Assembly: GCA_963829055.1 (NCBI GenBank) | Contig: CAWHHI010000004.1 | Span: 224,001-288,000, forward strand | Source of the DNA: an uncultured Gemmatimonadaceae bacterium | GTDB taxonomy: Bacteria; Gemmatimonadota; Gemmatimonadetes; Gemmatimonadales; Gemmatimonadaceae | Reading direction: 5' to 3' | DNA: 64,000 nucleotides | Part shown: positions 61,999-64,000 of the stretch, in pieces | How positions within the stretch are numbered: the first letter of the stretch is position 1 | Layout: each line of letters starts with the position of its first letter | Notes under the pieces: generated by a model | Database searches by the model: none | What the model saw: the letters and a program-made list of their open reading frames with translations, nothing else | What the model was told of the DNA's origin: nothing | Position numbers and translations under genes: made by a program

Positions 61999-63828
61999 TC
62001 ACTTCATTTCCTCGATGACGGCCTTCAACTCCGCGGGCATCGGCGCGATCGGCACGCGCTCCAGCTGCATCGAGCCGTCGGCCGCCTTCCTGAGCGTGAT
62101 GTTGAACGTTCCGAACTGCGCATCCTTGTCCGGATAGTCCTCGCGGAAATGACCGCCGCGACTTTCCCGTCGCTCGATCGCCGCGCGCGCGACCGCTTCG
62201 GAGATGGTGAGCAGGTTGCGTAGATCGAGCGCCGTGTGCCACCCGGGGTTGTACTCGCGATTCCCCGGCACTGTGACACGCGCCGCCTGCTCCTCCATCT
62301 CCTTCACCTGCTCGAGCGCTCGCATCATCTCCGGCTCGCGGCGCACGATGCCGACGCCGTCCTGCATGATGCCCTGCAGCTTGTGCTGAATCTGATACGG
62401 TCCGTCCCCTGCGTTTCCATTGCCTGCGGCCGCTCGCTCGAACGGGGCGAGCGCGAAGCGCGCGGCGTCATCGACAGCGGCCTTGTCCACTTTCGCCGCG
62501 CCACGTTCCTGGGCGAACTTCGCCGCGTACTCGCCGGCGCGCTTGCCGAAGACCACGAGATCCGACAGTGAGTTGCCGCCGAGCCGGTTCGCGCCGTGCA
62601 GTCCAGCGGCACACTCGCCCGCGGCGAACAGCCCCGGGACTGAAGACATCTGCGAGTCGCCGTCGACGCGAATGCCGCCCATGACGTAGTGCGTGGTCGG
62701 GCCGACTTCCATCGGCGTCGTGGTGATGTCGATGTCCGCCAGCTGCTTGAACTGGTGATACATGCTCGGCAGCTTCTTCTTGATGTGCTCCGGCGCGTTA
62801 GGCATCCGGGCCTTGATCCACGAGATGTCGAGGAAGACGCCGCCGTGCGGGCTGCCGCGCCCTTCCTTCACCTCGCGCATGATGCACCGCGCGACGTGAT
62901 CTCGCGTGAGCAGCTCGGGCGGGCGACGCGCGTTCTTGTCGCCCTGCACGTAGCGCCAGCCCTCTTCCTCGTTGTCCGCCGTCTGCGACTTGTAGTTGTC
63001 GGGAATGTCGTCGAACATGAAACGACGGCCATTCTTGTTCGTGAGGACCCCGCCTTCGCCGCGCACGCCTTCCGTCACGAGAATGCCCTTCACGCTCGGC
63101 GGCCAGACCATGCCCGTGGGATGGAACTGCACGAACTCCATGTCCTGCAGGACGGCGCCCGCGTGATACGCGAGCGAATGACCGTCGGCCGTGTACTCCC
63201 AGCTGTTGCTGGTGATGCTGTAGGCGCGACCGATGCCGCCGGTCGCGAGCACGACCGCCTTCGCGCGGAAGACGCGGAAGCGTCCGCGCTCACGATCGTA
63301 CGCGAACGCGCCGCTCACGCGTTCGCCGTCCTTGAACAACGTGACGACGGTGGACTCCATGTGCACATCGATGCCGCGATGGATGGCGTGATCCTGTAGC
63401 GTGCGGATCATCTCCAGTCCCGTTCTGTCGCCGACGTGCGCGAGTCGCGGATAACGATGGCCACCGAAGTTCCGCTGCAGGATGCGTCCGTCGGGCGTGC
63501 GATCGAACAGCGCGCCCCACGCCTCGAGCTCGCGCACGCGATCCGCCGCTTCCTTCGCGTGCAGCTCGGCCATCCGCCAGTTGTTGACGTACTGACCGCC
63601 ACGCATGGTGTCGGCGAAGTGGACGCGCCAGTTGTCGCGATCGTCCACGTTGCCGAGTGACGCGGCCATGCCGCCCTCGGCCATGACGGTGTGCGCTTTG
63701 CCGAGCAGCGACTTGCACACGAGCCCGACCTTCACACCGCCTTCTGCGGCGGCGATGGCGGCGCGCAGTCCTGCCCCGCCGGCGCCGATGACAAGAACAT
63801 CGTGATCTATGGATTCGTAGTCAGGCAT
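61999..63828 (-). CDS. sdhA: Succinate dehydrogenase/fumarate reductase flavoprotein subunit (Sdh1/Rv0248c type)
   Basis: VIGAGGAGLRAA...CKSLLGKAHTVMAEGG (FAD His), QFHPTG, EGVRGEGG, HYVMGG, HGANRLGGNSL, RRESRGGH. Confidence 0.96.
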   Translation of the reverse strand: MPDYESIDHDVLVIGAGGAGLRAAIAAAEGGVKVGLVCKSLLGKAHTVMAEGGMAASLGNVDDRDNWRVHFADTMRGGQYVNNWRMAELHAKEAADRVRELEAWGALFDRTPDGRILQRNFGGHRYPRLAHVGDRTGLEMIRTLQDHAIHRGIDVHMESTVVTLFKDGERVSGAFAYDRERGRFRVFRAKAVVLATGGIGRAYSITSNSWEYTADGHSLAYHAGAVLQDMEFVQFHPTGMVWPPSVKGILVTEGVRGEGGVLTNKNGRRFMFDDIPDNYKSQTADNEEEGWRYVQGDKNARRPPELLTRDHVARCIMREVKEGRGSPHGGVFLDISWIKARMPNAPEHIKKKLPSMYHQFKQLADIDITTTPMEVGPTTHYVMGGIRVDGDSQMSSVPGLFAAGECAAGLHGANRLGGNSLSDLVVFGKRAGEYAAKFAQERGAAKVDKAAVDDAARFALAPFERAAAGNGNAGDGPYQIQHKLQGIMQDGVGIVRREPEMMRALEQVKEMEEQAARVTVPGNREYNPGWHTALDLRNLLTISEAVARAAIERRESRGGHFREDYPDKDAQFGTFNITLRKAADGSMQLERVPIAPMPAELKAVIEEMK

Positions 63829-63855
63829 GCATTCCGAAAGAAGGGCAGGCTTGTT

Positions 63856-63939
63856 GCTGGGTGGTCGTGCTGGTTGCTGGGTGTTGCTGGATGCGGCTGG
63901 TCACTCAGCGTCACCCAGCTACAAGCACGACCACCCAGC
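63856..63939. repeat. Long intergenic hairpin with GCTGG-based heptamer arms upstream of sdhA
   Basis: GCTGGGTGGTCGTGCTGGTTGCTGGGTG pairs with CACCCAGCTACAAGCACGACCACCCAGC. Confidence 0.75.
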
Positions 63940-63971
63940 CACCAGCTCGTAGTTGCGAGAGTGCTTGCGGC

Positions 63972-64000
63972 TCAGATGATCCTGATGTCGCTCCAGATTC
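63972..64000 (-). CDS. 3' end of an upstream gene, probably the Sdh1 membrane anchor (Rv0249c-like)
   Basis: ...IWSDIRII* in operon position. The identity is inferred from context only. Confidence 0.45.

Noticed and set aside
601..62802. GTTAGG as telomere-like (TTAGGG) or G-quadruplex repeats
   Set aside because: Copies are isolated rather than tandem, and the base after TTAGG varies.
1..64000. Numerous long antisense and off-frame ORFs in the ORF track
   Set aside because: They are R/A/P-rich shadows typical of high-GC DNA and overlap well-supported genes.

Overview
High-GC (roughly 68% by eye) bacterial chromosomal segment. It is most consistent with Gemmatimonadota (Acidobacteriota is also possible), given four ADOP/MacB-type duplicated permeases, two PadR regulators, an ECF sigma/anti-sigma/HEAT-repeat locus and many lipoproteins. 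Left to right: a secreted amidohydrolase pair; two LytS/LytTR systems with candidate direct-repeat boxes; ADOP permeases; a lipoprotein and CxxCH-protein cluster; GntR with an ABC-ATPase::M1-peptidase chimera; a DMT protein; agmatinase; TonB; the ECF locus; PAP2; a flavin amine oxidase; a formyltransferase; GH20; an M28 peptidase; SufE; a TetR-HlyD-ABC efflux operon; OsmC; a lytic transglycosylase; a zincin-motif protein; MscS; and the 3' part of a mycobacterial-Sdh1-type succinate dehydrogenase operon. Many genes carry single-base frameshifts that look like long-read assembly errors. No rRNA, tRNA, CRISPR array or transposase was seen. The most striking unexplained signal is a non-palindromic heptamer, CCTAACG/CGTTAGG. 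I counted about 59 exact copies by eye (about 1 per 1.1 kb), on both strands and in all reading frames, and it imposes rare TTA/CTA/AGG codons inside genes. There are also three distinct intergenic repeat families: a TGTCATYCCGAG REP/MITE-like element, a ~75-bp unit bracketing mscS, and heptamer-built long hairpins.
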